A stretch of DNA of 63,804 bases, filler included, from Chiloscyllium plagiosum (lineage: Eukaryota): assembly GCF_004010195.1 (NCBI RefSeq). It is 5 parts of one record of this genome, joined end to end, with 100 filler letters (N's around TTAATTAATTAA, not from the genome) between each part and the next. Parts side by side here need not be neighbours in the genome. Positions count along the whole stretch, not along the records: positions 1 to 26,777 come from NC_057714.1; 4 more parts are not named here. One strand, written 5' to 3'. A program made the translations under genes and the position numbers. How positions within the stretch are numbered: position 1 is the stretch's first letter; each line of letters starts with the position of its first letter. The notes under the pieces were generated by a model that did no database searches, had not been told where the DNA came from, and saw only the letters and a program-made list of their open reading frames with translations. Shown piece by piece: positions 13,075 through 25,564 of this stretch.

Positions 13075-15186
13075 ATACAAATCATAGCAATTTTATTTTC
13101 GTATCTTATAGTTTACATGCGAAGTTGACTATTTGCTTTAATTCATCTCTTAAATAAAAATAAAAAATTGTGTCTAACAGCAAATGTTCATTATGGATTT
13201 TATTTTTAACCATTCAGTACAATATAGAGAATTTTTAAGTATAACAAAAATAGAACATATTAACTTTTGTAAATGCCTCTTAACATATTATTGTACAGGT
13301 TGCAAATATGAACAGAAACTTATTTTAAATACACTTAATCACTCAATTTGCACAGCACAAGTGAGTTATATTTAAATTGTATGTTTACATAAAAATGTAT
13401 TTTCTTAAACATCTATGTGATATACTATGCCATTATTATTACATGACAATCAAAAAGTTATTAATGACACTTATCAAGTTCTTTCTTGTTGCTTAAAGTG
13501 ATGCACCTGAGTCACAATTTTCAATGTAGACTCAAATTCCAGCAAGCATTAGACTTTGAAGGATTGGTAAAAGTTGCAAATGATGACTGTGCTAAAGAGA
13601 TCACAGGTTTAGGAATTAACAAGTGTGCTTTGTGCACTACTAACAGCTAATTCACAATGAGGTACTAAGAAAACAAGTCAGATATGAGCAGCTATTACTG
13701 ATGAACAGTCAGCAATATTAGTGCATCTTATGGTGTGAGTTCAATCCATTTAGCAGTATAACAAAATAGGAAAGTATTTTGAAAAGAGTTCTACTTTTGA
13801 ATTGCATTTGAGTTACATTAGTCGTAATAAATTTAGGAAACTATAGCTAATTTCCACATGAATGGAGGCACTGCTGGTTTTACAGTTGAATCAATATTTG
13901 CAGTTACATTATATTGAGTAATATACTGCATCAAGCCAGAAATTATAGACGTAGTCCCTTTTCTCCCAAAACATATTGTCTTACATTTTAATTAATGTGC
14001 TGACACTTTTAGATAACCTATAAAGAAATAGTTGATGCTTACATACATTGAAATCATTCATTGTATATGCTATGGCAGATACTTCTTAGGCAGCAATATA
14101 ACAAGAGTTTAACAACACAAACAAATCAGCTGAACAACCTATTAATAAAGTAGGAAATAAATATAAAATGAAAAGTTTTAACATTTTTCATTTTAAAATG
14201 GAATTATCAGTTGCCATTTTGTCTTTGCGAATTGAATTAGACAAAAGCATATAGTATTACAATATTGGTCTTACACATTGATTATCTAACCATATCTGTG
14301 GAGAGTTTGCTGCTCTTATGAGTTCTTATAACTATTCTTTCAATCTTCACTGAGAATATTTCAATACGCTGGGGTTCCTTTATGAAATAGCTGGGAGTTT
14401 TTCATTAAACAAATTGCTAGTGTCTTGTTCTCTACATTGAAAGAGAAGTTGCCACAGTTTTTAAACACAAAATATGACCACTTGTTTCATCAAAAATTCA
14501 TTATCTCAAAATATTGAAGGTCTGATTGAAGAAAGTCAATTACTTGCATATGTATTATATGGGTGAACAGGAAACATTGACTAGCTGGTTGGTGGTGTTG
14601 AATCATCAGAATATACCTAAACCATGCCGTGTGCTGTATTTCCTGCTTAAACAGTTACACATCTTTTTAATAGTTTTACATACAAGCATAAAAAAAATTG
14701 TGCCGACAATAGGCTTAGTAAACTTTAACAGTTAATAGATGTTGCCTATGACTAAACATGATGATAATCCATCTCTTAAGAAGGCTCCTCACAGTTTATC
14801 AGATTGTTTCACTTAAAGACAGTGTGGTAAACTGTAAAAATCCATTCTTTATATTGATTATTAAATCTATTAGGAAATTCAAGCAAAAGGTTATGACAAC
14901 AAAGCAGCATTATTTAGCTGTGACAGCAGTGCTAGTCTGAACTCATATCCAGAACATTTTGTTGCATATCAATGTTAAATTGAATAAACAAAAACTTCAC
15001 ATTACACAAAAATAACTGAATCAAATTCTTAAGCATTTTAAGCAATGAAAACAGAAATCCCCTTGAAGCAAGTCAGTTTGCTGTATCAAATAAAATATTC
15101 AATAGGAAATATATATGGTATACACAGCATTGTATTTGTGAATATAGTACCTTTTATTCATATATACTACACAGTTTAATGTGCAT
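13075..15186 (-). other. Putative 3' UTR of the unknown minus-strand gene, polyA signal AATAAA at 13092-13097 (-)
   Basis: Long transposon-free AT-rich tract. AATAAA on - strand at 13092-13097 with T/GT-rich sequence beyond; a proximal AATAAA also at about 15153-15158. Confidence 0.5.
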
Positions 15187-15312
15187 TCAATAAGTCCTTC
15201 CTATAATCCTGTGTGCAGGCAGTTCTGTTGATGATTTCTCATGAAGGTCTGAAAAGAAGACTATCGCCGTGCAGTCAAATGGTTCTTCATTGTCCATGGA
15301 TAAGTGTAATTC
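15187..15312 (-). CDS. Candidate terminal coding exon of the unknown gene (ELHLSMDNEEPFDCTAIVFFSDLHEKSSTELPAHRIIGRTY*)
   Basis: Acceptor atttttgttgtag|, 126 nt open to TGA, followed by about 2-3 kb of repeat-free AT-rich UTR-like sequence. Confidence 0.65.
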   Translation of the reverse strand, partial: ELHLSMDNEEPFDCTAIVFFSDLHEKSSTELPAHRIIGRTY

Positions 15313-15379
15313 CTACAACAAAAATATTGAGACAGATCTAGCAGGAAGAAAATGACTTGTTATCTGTAATGTTTCATGG

Positions 15380-16860
15380 AATCATAAATGGTTGCAGAAC
15401 AGAAGGAGGTCAACTGACCATCAGAATGGTGTTAGCTCTAGAAGAATAAATCTAATCTCACTCCATGTTTTACCGCCCCTCCCCCCCCCCCCCGCCCCAC
15501 CATAACTCTTTTACCACAGAACAGTTTCTTATTATCAATTGTGTCCAAATTTTGATAAACTCCGTCAAATCTCCTTTTAATATCCTCTTTCCAAACAGAA
15601 CAGTCCAACTCTATCCATGTAGCAGAAGTTTCTCATCTTTGGCAACAGCTATTCTTATGAATCTGTTCTACACCCTCTGTGATGCCTTCATATCCTTCAC
15701 AAAGTGTGTACCCACAACTGGGCACAATACACTAGTTGTGGTTGATGAAACCAGGTTTCATCACTCCATCCTTGCATTTGTACTCTATGCCTCTATTTAT
15801 AAAGCCTAAATGCTTTATTAATCACTTTCTATCTTGTCACATTCAATTAACCTCCTCAGATATTTCTGCTCCTATATGCTTTTTGTGTACAGTCTATTTT
15901 TATCCTTCTTACTAAAAGGCATTTGTCCATACTTTTCTGCAATAAATTTCAGTTGCCACTTGTCTGCTCATTCCATGAGGCAAAAGTGAGGACTGCAGAT
16001 GCTGGAAACTAGAGTTTAGATCAGAGTGGTGCTGGAAAAGCAAGGGGAATGAGGAAACTGGTGAAGTCTACATTGATGCCCTGGGGTTGAAGTGTTCCAA
16101 GGCGGAAGACGAGGCGTTCATTCCATTAGCCTAGATAATTCCTCTTGAAGTTTATTACTATTCTCCTCTCAATTCACAGTACTTTCACATTTTGTGTCAT
16201 TCACTAATTTTGAAAATGTGCCCTTTACTACTGGTCATTACTGCAGACCAAGAAAATTAGCATCCCTAACACTGAACTCTAGGGAACTTCAACATTTACC
16301 TTGTTCCAGTCTGAAAAAGAACAGCCATTAACTATTATTCTTTGTTTCTTGTCACTCAGCAATTTCATATCCATGCTGTCACTTGCACTTTCCATTCCAT
16401 AGACTTATCCATTATTGTTAAGGCACTTGTAATTGCTGGGATAATTCTTACACTTTTTTTTAACAAAGCACACCATTTTTAATTCTCTGGTCCTCTGGCA
16501 CCAACTTTCTATCTAAGGAGGATTGAAAAATTAAGGTCATGCCTCTGCGATTTCCAGCTTCATTTCCCTCAGTATCCTTGGGTACGTCTCATGCAGCCTT
16601 TGTGACATATTAACTTTAAGACCAATCAGAAAATCCAATACTTCCATTTTCTCATTTTTTTAGTCCATGCAGTACTCCTGAACATACTTCAGAAACTCTT
16701 CGCTCACTCTACCTATTCTGTATTATGATATTTAAAGCCCTCTATTATAACTTTCTCCACTTCATACTTGCATGCAAATCTGTTCCTCTATTTCTTTCCC
16801 ACTAGATGATGGTCTATAGAATACACCCAGCAGTGTAATGGCAAATCTATCATTTCTTAG
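15380..16860 (-). mobile_element. Old CR1 remnants containing a PLE fragment (about 15977-16117) encoding a GIY-YIG C-terminus
   Basis: CR1 RT-like antisense sequence; the PLE fragment reads ERLVFRLGTLQPQGINVDFTSFL on - and has a tcattccat duplication on both sides. Confidence 0.65.
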
Positions 16861-16885
16861 CCCTAACCAAATAGCCCTGACCTCT

Positions 16886-17642
16886 GGATATAGGTTTGCT
16901 CGCTAAGCTTGAAGGTTCATTTCCAGACGTTTCATCACCCTAGGTAACATCTTCAGTGGGCCTCTGGGCGAAGCACTATTGATAACTCCTGTTTGGTGTT
17001 TTTGGGTTGGTGATGTAATTTCCAATGGTGACATAATTTCCTATGGTGATGTCATTTCCTGCTCTTTTTCTGAGGGAGTTCTAGATGGGGTCTAACTCAA
17101 TGTGTTTGTTGATAGAGTTAGAATGCCGGTTGAACTGCCATGCTTCTAGGAATTCTCGTGTGTGTCTTTGTTTGGCTTGTCCTAGGATGGATGTGTTGGC
17201 CCAGTCGAAGTGGTGTCCTTCCTCAGCTATATGTAAGGATACTAGTGAGAGAGGGTCATGTTGTTTTGTGGCTAGTTGATGTTCATATATCCTGGTGGCT
17301 AGGTTTCCGCCTGTTTGTCCAATATAGTGTTTGTTACAGTCCTTGCATGGTATTTTGTAAGTAACATTAGTTTTGCTTGTTGTCTGTTTAGACCCCATCT
17401 ACCACCCCCTGAGAAAAAGAACAGGAACTGATATCACCACAGAAAATGACATTACCACAGGAAATTACACCACCAATCCAAAAAAACCAAACATATAAAT
17501 AGAAAGCAGGAATTATCAGCAGTGCTTCGCCCGGAGGCCACTGAAGATGTTACCTAGTAGGGTGATTAAACGTCTGGAAATGAACCTTCCAGCTCAGCGA
17601 GCAAACCTCAACCTGAGCTACAAATCTTCTCAAAACTCGCTA
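16886..17642 (-). mobile_element. Penelope-like element remnant: GIY-YIG endonuclease (17081-17398) flanked by inverted pseudo-LTRs carrying hammerhead motifs
   Basis: NVTYKIPCKDCNKHYIGQTG..LATRIYEH...HHFDW...REFLEAW...INK is a PLE GIY-YIG domain. 16890-17095 and 17388-17610 are inverted copies; TSD agccctgacctct (16873-16885) / agtcctgacctct (17643-17655). Confidence 0.9.
16923..16958 (-). ncRNA. Putative minimal type-I hammerhead ribozyme in a PLE pseudo-LTR
   Basis: Minus strand: cca-CUGAAGA-u-GUUACC-uag-GGUGAU-GAAA-CGUC-ugg; stem I cca/ugg. The inverted partner at about 17538-17577 has GAAA mutated to UAAA. Confidence 0.65.
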
Positions 17643-18499
17643 AGTCCTGACCTCTCTAGGGCATTAATTCTTGTCAGCATGATAATGCTTTCCTTAATCA
17701 GTACTGTTAACTTATTTTTTTCTTACTTTCCTTAGCAGCTTATATTCGGGTATATTTATTATCCAGTCTTGCTCTTTATAGTGGCAAGAGAAACCATATA
17801 GAGGCACTATATGTATTTACGAATTGACAAACAATTAAAAAATCCTTTGAAGCAGATAGACACTAATGTCAGTGCTGTCTAGTGGTGCAATTGTAATGAA
17901 CTTTGGTCTCTTTGTTTTGTCTAATCACAGATTTAAGTAACAGTGTAATCCAAAGGTGTAATAGTACATCATCCTACTATCTAAACTGGATATTTTAGCC
18001 TTCACATTTACCCTCACAGGTGTTTCCCTGTCCTTTTGGTTAGTGAATTGATTAATACATTTGTGAAATGAAACTGACACATAAAACAAGCCGCTTTATT
18101 TACATCAAGTGGTATAATGAATAAAAGCTGTGATGAAATCTCAATTACTTCATCTTTAATTTCAGGGAAAGAAAAAATAGCAACCCTCCTGGTTGTACTT
18201 TTATTCTATTCTCATGCTTGGCTAATGCTGGTACAGCTGCATTTGTTGACTATGCCTAGTTGCATTGCAAATGTTCTCCTTAAACCATCAAAGCCCTTGT
18301 GATTGTGCTGTTACAGTGATGCTAATAAGGAAACTCTTGGCTGATGAACCAGCAATTATAAATTGAACAAGCATAAAAATTTAAGTCAGTACAATACGTA
18401 ACCAAGGAAGGGAGCTTGGAAGTGCTTGTTCTCCTACAATGGTCGCTGTAATTGTAATATTCTAAAACATAGGGAGGGTGCAGCTACTGTTGAGACCTT

Positions 18500-18686
18500 C
18501 AGGTTTGGCAGCATCTGTAAGGAGAGAAAAGAGCTGATGTTTCGAGTCTAACTGACCCTTTATCAAAGCTTTGGCGAAACGTCAGCTCTTTTCTCTCCTT
18601 ACAGATGCTGCCAGACCTGCTGAAATTTTCCAGCATTTTCTCTTTTGGTTTCAGATTCCAACATCTGCAGTATTTTGCTTTTATTC
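18500..18686. mobile_element. PLE-derived fold-back element, 14-bp TSD
   Basis: Inverted arms (ggcagcatctgtaaggagagaaaagagctga / tcagctcttttctctccttacagatgctgcc); TSD actgttgagacctt 18486-18499 / 18687-18700. Confidence 0.8.
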
Positions 18687-18877
18687 ACTGTTGAGACCTT
18701 TGTGGGTTACTGCAATGCTTTGTTATATGAATATACGAACAAGGAGTAGGAATGGGCTTTTTGTCCCTTGTATCCTGCTCACCATTTAATTAGATCATGG
18801 CTGATCTTACTGTATCCTCAAGTCCACATGCCTCCCCCCACTGACAATCTTTCTTTGCTGAACAAGAATCTGTTCAT

Positions 18878-19084
18878 GCTGGAAAAGCATGAAAAGCACA
18901 GCAGGACAGGCAGCATCCGAGGAGCGGGAAAATTGACAGTTCGGGCCGGAGCTCTTCTTCCTGATGAAGGGCTTTTGCCCAAAACGTCGATTTCCCTGCT
19001 CCTTGGATGCTGCCTGACCTGCTGTGCTTTTCCAGCAACATACTCTCGACTCTAATCTCCAGCATCTGCAGTCCTCACTGTCTT
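18878..19084. mobile_element. PLE-derived fold-back element with hammerhead core at 18961, 15-bp perfect TSD
   Basis: ctgatgaagggcttttgccc(a)aaacgtc; TSD caagaatctgttcat 18863-18877 / 19085-19099. Confidence 0.85.
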
Positions 19085-19399
19085 CAAGAATCTGTTCATA
19101 TCCACCTTAAAAATATTCAAAGCCTTTACTTCTATCACCTTTTTAAGAAGTAAGTTCCAAAGGTGTACAATCCTCTGAGAAAAGATGTCTGCCTAATCTC
19201 TTTTTTTAAATGAGTGATGCCTTATTTTGAAACAGTGATCCCAAGTTTTAGATTTTCCTCGAAACAGGAAACATCCTCTCCACATCTATCCTGTTAAGAT
19301 TCCGCAAGATCTTAAATGTTTCAATCAAGTCAACTCTTGTTCTTCTAACTCCATCAGATATAAGCATAGCTTGTCCAACCGTTCCTCATAAGGTAATGC

Positions 19400-19545
19400 G
19401 CAGTAGAAAGTGAGGACTGCAAACGTTTGAGGTCAGAGTCGGGTATAAGGAATTTCCTGATGAAGAGCTTATGCCCGAAACGTCAATTCTCCTGCTCCTT
19501 GGATGCTGCCTGACCTTCTGTGCTCTTCCAGCACCACACTCTCAA
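19400..19545. mobile_element. PLE-derived element with hammerhead core at 19457-19484, 15-bp TSD
   Basis: ctgatgaagagcttatgcccgaaacgtc; TSD ctcataagRtaatgc 19385-19399 / 19546-19560. Confidence 0.8.
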
Positions 19546-20424
19546 CTCATAAGATAATGCATCTATTTCAGGTATTAGTGTTGTAAATGTTCTCTGAATG
19601 CATCCAATATATTGACAATGCCTTAACTATTTAAATAAAGTGATAAATACTGTACACAGTACTCCAGATGTGGTTTTAGTGTGCCCTGTATGACTGAAGC
19701 GTAACTTCCCTACTTTTATATTGAGTTTTCTCGTGCAATATATAACATTCCATTAGCTTCCCTAATTACTTGCTGCAACAGCATACTAACGTTTGGCAAT
19801 TCATGCAAGAAGACCCAGATACCTTTGCACTTCAGAGTTCTGCAATTTTTCACCATTCAGCTAACGTGCTTCTTTTTTATTTTTCTGCCAAAATGGACAC
19901 TTCCACGTTTTCCCAAGATACTCCATTTACCAGATATTTGTCCTCACTTAACCTTTCGATGTCTGTTTGTAACCACCTTGTGCCCTTTTCACAACTTACA
20001 CACTTGTCGAACTTTGAGCCACCAGAAAATTTGGTAGCCTTAGTCGAAGCAAAAGTAGTTGATTCCTTGAGTCCATTTTGCCAGTCAACAATATAGGATA
20101 ACATTCCAATGTTAAAAAACATGCATTCATGAAGTTAAAACTCTATGGTGTTCAATCAAAACTGCTCCAAATTATTTGGAAATCCTGCCCATTTATCAAT
20201 AGAACAAATTATTTAAAAAGCGTATTAAATTTTGTGATTCATGAACCAGAAAACCTAGGTTCCTCTGCAACTTGGAATACTGCACGTTTTCTCATTTAAG
20301 TAATATTTTGCTATTTTGTTTTTTCCTGGCAAAGTGAACAATTTCTCATTTTCTCACATTAAGCTTGATCTGCCAGGCTTTTGACCAATCACTCAATCTA
20401 TGTCCATCCGTATTTTCTTTATGG

Positions 20425-20740
20425 GATCGGGGAGTCCAGAACTAGAGGGCATAGGTTTCGGGTGAGAGGGGAAAGATATAAAAGAGACCTAAGGGGCAAC
20501 CTTTTCATACAGAAGGTGGTACATGTATGGAATGAGCTGCCAGAGGATGTGGTGGAGGCTGGTACAATTGCAATATTTAAGAGGCATTTGGATGGGTATA
20601 TGAATAGGAAGGGTTTGGAGGGATATGGGCCGGGTGCTGGCAGGTGGGACTAGATTGGGTTGGGATATCTGGTCAGCATGGCCAGATTGGACCAAAGGTT
20701 CTGTTTCCATGCTGTACATCTCTATGAATCTATGACTATG
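20425..20740 (+). mobile_element. Young CR1 3' end nested in an older antisense CR1
   Basis: Nearly identical to 1645-1950; ctctatga-type tail. Confidence 0.9.
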
Positions 20741-22208
20741 ATTTCACAGCAAACTTTACTGCCTATCTTTGTGTCAACTGCAAATATAGCTACCATGCTA
20801 TTTCCCTCATCTAAGTCATTGTTTTAAATTGTAAAAATCCAAGACATAAGTAGAGATCCCATTCATCACATCCTGTCAATTTAAAAAATGATTAATTATT
20901 CCTACTATGCATTTTAAATAATTTGTTTCATTAATTAACGGGCAGGATTTCCAAATGTAATCTATACGAATGGTTGTACCAAATAATGTGGAGCAATTTT
21001 GATTGAACACCATTGAGTTTTAACTCCATGAATGCATGTATTTTTGAAAACAGGTTACCAAAAGCCAGCCTGATCCAAGTCAGGAGAGAAACACTGCAAA
21101 CCAGGGTGCAGCTGAGATTTTAAAGGGTTATAGAACAGAGTGGTTGGGAGGATCAGGGGATTATTCCACAGGGCTGGGAAAGGATCTGGGGAAACATTTG
21201 AGAGAAATGTGGGATAACAATTGGAGACAGATTGGAGACAGATTGGGGGACAAGGAGAGATACTAAATGGAGAGAGAAGGTCAGAAGAGGAGTTGCAAAT
21301 CCTGGGCAGGAGAGTCAGTAATTAGTCAGGGGACGGCTTAGTTCAGTGAATGAGGAGTTAGTTCACAAAGCAAGGAAAGGGTTGTTGCACAATGATGTCA
21401 GCAATAGCTGTTGTGGGGGAATGAACAGAAGGAGGTGCAGGGCAGGGTCTTGGATGGAGAGTGATATAATCAATAGAGAAATTAACAGGTTTGTTCTGGA
21501 CAGGAGACATGCACTACTTATCTTTTCAGCACCCTCTTTAATGCTGCAGTCCTCATATCCTTTAAGTGCCTTGCTTCTAAAGTCCTAGGAATACCAGCTT
21601 GCCAATGTGAAATCATAAAACTAACAAAATGTGAAGCAGCAGCCTCATTAAAATGCTTAAATTAATGCTCCCAGGGGGCAGATTATTATCTAACTCTCAT
21701 TTGACCTCCACTAAAACCACAAGTTGTTAGATTTGAAGTGGGATTAGTTGAAGTTTTAGATTTTTGTTAACATATTTAATTCCTACTTGGTCCAAAGCTG
21801 CTCACTTTAGCAATTATAAATATCACCTTAGTTGATAAACTGACCTGTTAACAGTGTTCAAGATATCATAATAACCACTTTCAATCAGAACTTCTTCAAT
21901 CATGGTCTATATGTGAAACAAACAGAAAACATGTAAACAAACAAATTATATGTTAATTCCTTGTCTTCCAATAATATATATTATAGATATGTATTTATAG
22001 GTTAGATATTTGTAACAATATTTTTAATTTAAATTCATAATGAGCATTGTAGAACGAGGAGAACTGAACAGAAATTAGCTTAATTTAAGATTTTGAAACA
22101 AACCAATCAAAGTGCAGTGTGGCTACCTTCTTAAAGGTTTAACTGATTTTAAATGTAGGTAAATATAAAGATAAATATAGTTTTGCGTGTATATGATGAA
22201 ACACTAAC

Positions 22209-22261
22209 CTGCATCTGCTCATATGTTATTCCATCTTCATATTCATAGCTATATGTATTGA
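22209..22261 (-). CDS. Candidate internal exon of the unknown gene (phase 1 to 0: NTYSYEYEDGITYEQMQ)
   Basis: Acceptor ttgttattctttctag|, donor CAG|gttagt, 53 nt; only one frame is open and it joins in frame to the terminal exon. Confidence 0.65.
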
Positions 22262-22694
22262 CTAGAAAGAATAACAATAATATTTAAACATCATGGAAAT
22301 AAAAGATATATTGGTTTATGGAACAGATGTACAGGTTGCTGGCCTATTATTGTATGACTATTTAAAATTCTAGATAAAATATTAATATCTGACTTTGTTT
22401 TCATTGCCAGTGAAACAAAATGGAGGTGGAGATCACCTCTCCTTTGTGGAATCCATTTGATGTTCACTTCAATGATTAAAGGTAGATGCCACAACAGATG
22501 GGCAATGCATTATTTGCCATATCACCACCTAGGCAGTGATTTTGAAATCTATGCTCAAGACTTTGCATCACAATTATATGCCTGTCCGCAATCTATTGTT
22601 AAAAAACTTGCTTATTTCATGCACGAATATTCATGAAAATTTATGGACTCATATACTTTTGACAAACATTTATTTTACGATATCAGTCTTGATT

Positions 22695-22870
22695 TGATGG
22701 CAGCTCCTGGCCTCTGAGCCAGAAAGTTGTGGGCACCAATTCTGACTTAGACATCAGCACAAAATCTGGGCCAACAGAGAGAGCACAGCACTCCCTGAAA
22801 TGCCAATTCCAGGTTAAAAGGAGACATCTGCTCTATGAAGTAAACACAAAAGATCCACTTCTTATGACCT
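22695..22870 (+). mobile_element. Degenerate Deu-domain SINE (SacSINE1-like) 5' part
   Basis: cctctgagccagaaagttgtggg...gcacaaaatctggg resembles the DeuSINE head. Confidence 0.45.
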
Positions 22871-22919
22871 AGCTGCAAAGACCAGAGGTTGAATCTGATG
22901 GTTAGTTGGCTACGTGTGA

Positions 22920-23870
22920 ATCAGGTTGTGTTTGGTGGAGTGAGGTCGCAAGGCCAGTGGGATTTCTTACCATATCTTAATAAACTCTCTGTGTTAATTA
23001 GTATTTCAACCCTTATGATGACTGCAACTTCTGATTTCTGGCCCATCTTGGGTGCTGCAAGGTGGGACATCCTCTTTCCCAGGAACAGCACTGAAGGCTG
23101 CAATACCATATCATACCAGCATACTCTAATGTAACCACCCAGGTTGAAGCAGTTTCAGCATAATTGCCACTATCTTCTCTCCAATACCTCACATTCACTC
23201 TATTTCAGTTTGTGCACGCAGCAAGGATCATGTTCTAACACTCTCTGTATTGCATGCACTTTCTTCCCCACACAATCTCATCTGCTCCACTAATCCTGCA
23301 TGCCCTCTGTGCTGCCTACTCACTCAGGAAACTTTCCCACCTGTACCAATAATAATATTTGTGCTACTCACTTGCACCTTCTGTAAATGCTGCTTTCTCT
23401 TGCTCCAGGAGCAAAACATCTCACAGTTAAGCAGAAAGTATCAAAACAGGTGGTGGGCTGCCTGACATTTGTCTTCTCACTCAGTATGAGGTGAGGATTC
23501 TGATTTTGACCAACTTGAGCAGGATCTGGACTGGTACCAGAGGATGCCCTTGACTTACAGTGTCAGGGTCAACTGGGTGCAAAGGCTATATCCCTTGACT
23601 TGACTGAGACCTGCTGGCAACCATGACAAGCTTCTTGGTTTTATGTCTGTAATAAATGGCATGGCAATAGAGCAGTAATATCAGCTAGGCATCTCTGGTT
23701 GAGGGGGAAATGTTCAAAAAGGCAATGAAGGTATTCTATGAGCATGCAGGGAAGCTCAGACTGAGTGAGTGCAATGATAGTGAGTGAGGAGCCTGGAGAT
23801 GCAGCCTGTTGCAATCCACGAGCTGGGTCTATGTCCCTGAGAGCACAATATTCTTGCTGCAACATTACAA
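22920..23870. mobile_element. Possible highly decayed Harbinger-type DNA transposon remnant (similar pieces at about 53430-54100 and 60900-61500)
   Basis: Vague Myb/SANT-like (RWDILFP) and nuclease-like traces only; no termini identified. Confidence 0.25.
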
Positions 23871-24399
23871 TGATAGTTTTTGGTACAGAAGTAAAATTAA
23901 GAAGTTGATCAGAAATATGCTTTGAGGGCTCTTTGGAACTGACACATATTAGAGGTCATTGTCTGCGTGTATCAATTGCCCATGGAGTGTGCCTGAGACA
24001 TTAGCACCCGATGTCCAATACGGACGTCTTTTGAGGCAAGCAAGCAACATCCACAGATGCTGCCAGACCTGATGAGTTTTTCCAGCAGCTTCTATTTTTG
24101 TTTCTGATTTCCAACATCTGCAATTCTTTTTTGTTGTTCACTAAGAGCCCGATTTGGTTTCCATATCAAGTTTTCCTGATGGCTAGTTTGTATGGCGAGT
24201 TTGGTAAGATTGCAATCTGTCATCATTTGGACTGTTAAGGAGGGGTTTAACAAGTATTAATGATCATAAATATGGAGTTCACTGCTCCAAATGAGAATCT
24301 CATCATGTCACTTAATAAAAGTGTAAAAGGTGTGGCGAGATGATCTCAGCATTGAGATGGGCCTTACTATAGATCCCACTCAATCCAGAATTTTGATTA

Positions 24400-25290
24400 G
24401 GGTGGCTATTTGAGGGTAAATCCACATCTGATATGTGGGAGTCTTTTAAAGGCCAGTTGATCAGATTTCAAGGCTGTCAAGTTCCTTTGAGGATGACAGA
24501 CAAGGATGGCAAGATTGGGAAACCCTGGATGACAAGAGACATTGAAAGCTTAGTTAAAAAGTAAAAGGAAGCATATATAAGTTTTTGGAAACTGAAATCA
24601 GACAAGGGCCTTGAGAAATATAAAGGACGCAAGAAATAATTTAAACAAGGAATTAGGAGGACTAAAAGAGGCCATGAAATATCTGTGGTTGGTAAGATTA
24701 AGGAGAATCCCAAGGCATTTTGGGACCTAGGGGCTCAGTGGTTAGCACTGCTGCCTCACAGGGATCCAGGTTCAATTCCAGCCTTAGGTGACTGCCTGTG
24801 TGGAGTTTGCACATTCTCCCTGTGTCTGAGTGGGTTTCCTCCGGGTGCTCCAGTTTCTTCCCACAGTTCAAAGATGTGTAGGTTAGGTGGATTGGCCATG
24901 CTAAATTGCCCATAGTGTCCAGGAATTTGTAAGTTAAGTGGATTAGCCATTGGAATTGCAGGATTACAGAGATATTCATAGGTTAGGAGGGTGAGTCTGG
25001 ATGGGATGCTCTTTGGAGAGTCAGTGTGGACTTGTTGGGCCAAATGGCCTGTTTCCACACTGTTGGGATTCTATGAATTTATATGTATATTAGGAGCAAG
25101 AGGCTATCTGGGGAAAGGATAGGTGCATTCAATTCCTGAAGAAGGGCTCATGCCCGAAACGTCGATTCTCCTGCTCCTTGGATGCTGCCTGACCTGCTGC
25201 GCTTTTCCAGCAACACATTTTCAGCTCTGATCTCCAGCATCTGCAGTCCTCACTTTCTCCTAGGTGCATTCAATGACAAAGGAGGGAATT
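24400..25290 (+). mobile_element. CR1 ORF2 middle fragment hosting an HE1-like SINE (24728-25075) and a PLE-hammerhead element (25134-25260)
   Basis: PWMTRDIESLVKK..EAY and KIKENPKAF motifs; PLE element has a perfect TSD taggtgcattcaat (25120-25133 / 25261-25274). Confidence 0.8.
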
Positions 25291-25483
25291 CGTATCCACA
25301 AGTTGTTCAGACTGATAACTTTTGGCATCCACAACTGGTCAAAATTCCATATAAACCGATCAGCAATTGGATGAATCCCCACTTTGTACACGCGCTCTGA
25401 TGCCAGGCCATCTCGTTACACTAGCCCGACTGCTTGTGCAGCAACAGTAGAAATATGACTTAAAATGAGTTTCACTAATTTAC

Positions 25484-25564
25484 TATTTTTTAAAAGGAAA
25501 GCAATTCCTTCCAAATTCCTTCTTTTGTATAACTGTCCTTTTTCTAATTCAGTCAATACCAAAA
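25484..25564 (-). CDS. Candidate internal exon of the unknown gene (phase 1 to 1: LVLTELEKGQLYKRRNLEGIAFLLKN)
   Basis: Acceptor tctaattttactttag|, donor |gtaaat, 81 nt, open frame, phase-compatible with both neighbouring candidate exons. Confidence 0.55.

Larger units (their letters stand above)
18730..20040 (-). mobile_element. Old CR1 3' portion with two nested PLE-derived elements
   Basis: Antisense CR1 RT and 3' UTR (RWLQTDIERLSE motif in the ORF track). Confidence 0.7.

Noticed and set aside
17872..17888. CTCF-like motif (ccactagacagcac on - strand)
   Set aside because: Imperfect single match with no supporting evidence; expected by chance in 64 kb.
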